DNA from: Chlamydiales bacterium
GTDB taxonomy: Bacteria > Chlamydiota > Chlamydiia > Chlamydiales > JBDQID01
Length of the DNA stretch: 10,669 bases
Direction of reading: 5' to 3'
NCBI GenBank assembly: GCA_047611865.1
Contig: JBLFWS010000114.1
Location: forward strand, 1 to 10,669
The position numbers and the translations under genes were made by a program. The notes beneath the pieces are model-generated. The model searched no databases and was not told the DNA's origin. It was given only the letters and a program-made list of their open reading frames with translations. Positions 8,304 to 10,669 of the stretch are shown piece by piece. Numbering within the stretch: the stretch's first letter is position 1; each line of letters starts with the position of its first letter.

Positions 8304-8513
8304 ATGAACAGGAAAAATCTACTACGAAAGGTTGCCTATCTTGAGTTCGCAACAGACCAGCTCATTACAGAGCTTAAGTATGTGGACAAGCTACTACGCA
8401 TAGTGGGTTTTCCCAACGGATTAGAAACGGTTAAGTCCGCTGCTCAAGAAGTTATGAAAAAAGAACAAGAAGAAGAGGAAGAGAAAAAAGAAGAGGAAGA
8501 CTGGCTGCAGTAA
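8304..8513 (+). CDS. Small hypothetical protein (69 aa), helical/coiled-coil with acidic tail; resembles a conserved small chlamydial protein
   Basis: Strong RBS GGAGGG at 8293-8298, best spaced to ATG 8304. KVAYLEFATDQLITELKYVDKLLRIVGFPNGLETVK resembles a chlamydial family I recall (LE..NDQL..EL..V..LL...GF..GL.T.K). Tail EQEEEEEKKEEEDWLQ. Confidence 0.8.
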   Translation: MNRKNLLRKVAYLEFATDQLITELKYVDKLLRIVGFPNGLETVKSAAQEVMKKEQEEEEEKKEEEDWLQ

Positions 8514-8523
8514 ATTAACTGGA

Positions 8524-10113
8524 TCAAGTGTAACCCCCAAAAAGAACAGGAGGGATAAGGGGGATAAGAGGACTTGTATTACTTCCAGAAAGGTTTTCAT
8601 GAGGGGTAACAACATCATCAGCCAATGCAGCTTTCAAATAATGTTTCTTTAGCTCTAAACTTTCAATACTACAAAACGTTTTATCATAAAGTCCAAAAGC
8701 TTTAGCAAAATCTTTAGTCCTATGACTTTTTAGTCCATCAATAGTAGCCATTAGTGATTCTGCAGCTTTCCTGGACTTTTTGCCTGTTGCTTCGACAAAA
8801 AGTTGATACTCAGCACGCTCCTCCTTTTGAAACTCCATTTTTTCTAAAACCTGAACAACCTTATCTGCTGTTTGGAGAAGTTGGTCATACAATGGCTCAA
8901 TTTCTGTCTTCTGAATATTGTAGTGAAGTTCGCTATTGATTTGCTTGCCGAGCAGATCCATTTTCTTCAATAGCTTGTTATGTTCCTTGCTTAAATCCCT
9001 AATCTTACGATTTAAATCCATGTAATTGGCATATAGCTGCTTTCCGCTGTTCCCTGTCTTTTTTCCTATACATCTCCGAAAAAAGTTTCCTTTCCTACCC
9101 ACCAAGTGATGTTTTTTACTCAAGCCAACAACACCAAATAACAAAGCACCGGCAAGAAAAGTAATCACTCCATACCCTGTTACTGCTAATCCTGTCACTG
9201 CAGCACTCTCAGCTCCCAAAACAATGGCAGAACCAACTCCTCCAGCAACAGCAGAAGATGTACCCAGGCCCACTACACAAGCATTTCTTGCCACAGCTAA
9301 ACAACGGACTAACCTCCGGTAACTTTTAAAGTTATTGATCTTCAAAAAGAAATACGTCTTTTTAGCTTCAAAAAAAGGAAGATTTCTGTGCTCTTGAAGA
9401 GCTTCATAAGCTTTTTCCAAAGAAGCTATTTCATCGTTAAGAGCCTTTAGAATTTGAATGTCACTTTTTAATCCTCTCGCTGCGGCCCAGGCCAGAAGGC
9501 TGCCATACACAACTCCTCCTACCACATTGCCCGCAATTCCAAATGATAATGTTGCTGGAGCCCAGCCAGCCATGGCTGAAGAGCTAAAATACGTACTAGA
9601 CAAAGCCGCACTTAAGCCAAGATCTTCCAGCATAGCGCCTAGTTCTTTAATTTCTTTAGTCTGCTGCCCGGATAATTGAGATATAGCCTCTTCATTAGCA
9701 TCTTTATCGAGTCGAAGGTAGGTAATGGAATTATTCAACTCATGAAGATTTTTATCTGTCTCATATTGTCCCTGCTGAAATAATAATTCTTCTTTATCTC
9801 GAACTAGAGCACCAATTTTCTCTGCAATCTCCAAGATTTCTTTTTTAAAAGAAGACACCTGCTTCTTTGATTTTTTATAAGAATGGCATCTGTGCGCATA
9901 GTTCGCAGCCTGCCAAACTGTGAGCAATACACAGATTCCACTTGCTATCACGTTGAGAAGAGGAGCTACATCAACACCACCTGAAGAGGAAACGGTAACC
10001 TCAGCTTTTGCAAGATCGCCCAGCTCCGTAGGAGGACTTGGGTCAGGTGCTTTTGTAAAATCGATCACATTCGCCACTTTCCCATCCCGCATCAGCAGCT
10101 GTGGCAATACCAT
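8524..10113 (-). CDS. Large membrane-associated coiled-coil protein with G/A-rich hydrophobic hairpins (Inc-like / translocator-like); probably the C-terminal fragment of a longer frameshifted gene
   Basis: 529-codon ORF. Hydrophobic stretches at about aa 50-70, 165-213 and 272-331 alternate with K/E/L heptad-rich helices. No Shine-Dalgarno before ATG 10113, and an in-frame TAG lies at 10122-10120. Confidence 0.7.
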   Translation of the reverse strand: MVLPQLLMRDGKVANVIDFTKAPDPSPPTELGDLAKAEVTVSSSGGVDVAPLLNVIASGICVLLTVWQAANYAHRCHSYKKSKKQVSSFKKEILEIAEKIGALVRDKEELLFQQGQYETDKNLHELNNSITYLRLDKDANEEAISQLSGQQTKEIKELGAMLEDLGLSAALSSTYFSSSAMAGWAPATLSFGIAGNVVGGVVYGSLLAWAAARGLKSDIQILKALNDEIASLEKAYEALQEHRNLPFFEAKKTYFFLKINNFKSYRRLVRCLAVARNACVVGLGTSSAVAGGVGSAIVLGAESAAVTGLAVTGYGVITFLAGALLFGVVGLSKKHHLVGRKGNFFRRCIGKKTGNSGKQLYANYMDLNRKIRDLSKEHNKLLKKMDLLGKQINSELHYNIQKTEIEPLYDQLLQTADKVVQVLEKMEFQKEERAEYQLFVEATGKKSRKAAESLMATIDGLKSHRTKDFAKAFGLYDKTFCSIESLELKKHYLKAALADDVVTPHENLSGSNTSPLIPLIPPVLFGGYT

Positions 10114-10564
10114 CGGCGTCTATGTCAAGTCTACCGCGGACTATCAGTACTTCTGGAGTCCCTTCAATTGCCAAGTCCTGACATATGGATTCCCTTTTGG
10201 TCATACTGATTTTTTGTCTAATGAGAAGATCCTTCATCTCTCCAGATTCTAGTTGATCGATGGAATGGAGCCGCATGTCTTTCATCAAAAAACGATAAGC
10301 AATCTTTTCTTCCATTGTCACAGGCGAAGAATCTCCCTTCATAAGAAGTTTAAAGGCAGCCGTTTCTTCTGTAAAAGCATTTTTGGAAGCATCAAGAGCT
10401 GCAAAGAGCTTTGTCATTGCAGGAAGAAAAGGAGCTTGTTTATGTCTGGATAGAAAAGCTTCACGTACTTTCTGCCAACGTTTTCTTGCTGTAAGACTGC
10501 GTTGCTCTTGTGTCAGAGAAGAAATACTGAAGCTAGCCTTTCTTTCTACAGGAACAGCCAGCAA
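10043..10564 (-). CDS. Hypothetical helical ORF (173 aa), probably the middle fragment of the same gene
   Basis: Protein-like composition. The frame is open from 10618 (after TAA 10621-10619) to TGA 10045-10043 and overlaps the 529-aa ORF by 71 nt. TTG start lacks an RBS. Confidence 0.5.
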   Translation of the reverse strand: MLAVPVERKASFSISSLTQEQRSLTARKRWQKVREAFLSRHKQAPFLPAMTKLFAALDASKNAFTEETAAFKLLMKGDSSPVTMEEKIAYRFLMKDMRLHSIDQLESGEMKDLLIRQKISMTKRESICQDLAIEGTPEVLIVRGRLDIDADGIATAADAGWESGECDRFYKST

Positions 10565-10669
10565 TTCAAGTTCATTATTTGCTCTAAAATATTTGCTGTA
10601 GAAGACGAGTCGATGCTTTTATTTAATTTTTCAAGAAGGCTTGCGTCTGCACTTCCAGAGTTAAGTGAA

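Larger units (their letters stand above)
8524..10669 (-). pseudogene. Single >700-codon gene interrupted by two apparent frameshifts (pseudogene, sequencing error or recoding); 5' end outside the window
   Basis: Three consecutive overlapping open segments: 10668-10546 (SLNSGSADASLLEKLNKSIDSSSTANILEQI...), 10618-10043 and 10119-8524. The first and third segments are in the same frame (10575-10113=462 nt). Confidence 0.6.

Noticed and set aside
8421..10601. Plus-strand ORFs opposite the Inc-like gene and the Phe-rich minus ORF at 8421-8618
   Set aside because: Shadow ORFs; the poly-Phe run is the reverse complement of the poly-Glu/Lys codons.
1..10669. CRISPR array, tRNA/rRNA, transposase, integrase or toxin-antitoxin pair
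   Set aside because: No regularly spaced repeats, RNA gene signatures or catalytic motifs for these were seen.

Overview
Bacterial window that by gene content and order looks like an environmental Chlamydiota genome (inferred from recalled homologies, no search run). The left half is a conserved chlamydial block: a 5' part of a CT474-like membrane protein (minus strand, runs off the left edge, missed by the ORF track), a divergent stand-alone pheT, a CT476-like MORN/YwqK-repeat putative lipoprotein, a hairpin terminator and ogt/ada. A ~115-bp imperfect palindrome built from CACAGAG units marks the switch to an accessory region. That region holds three tandem serine alpha/beta-hydrolase paralogs resembling eukaryotic ABHD16A (BAT5) lipases, a small acidic-tailed protein, and a convergent large coiled-coil/hydrophobic-hairpin (Inc- or translocator-like) gene that appears split by two mutually compensating single-base frameshifts and extends beyond the right edge.
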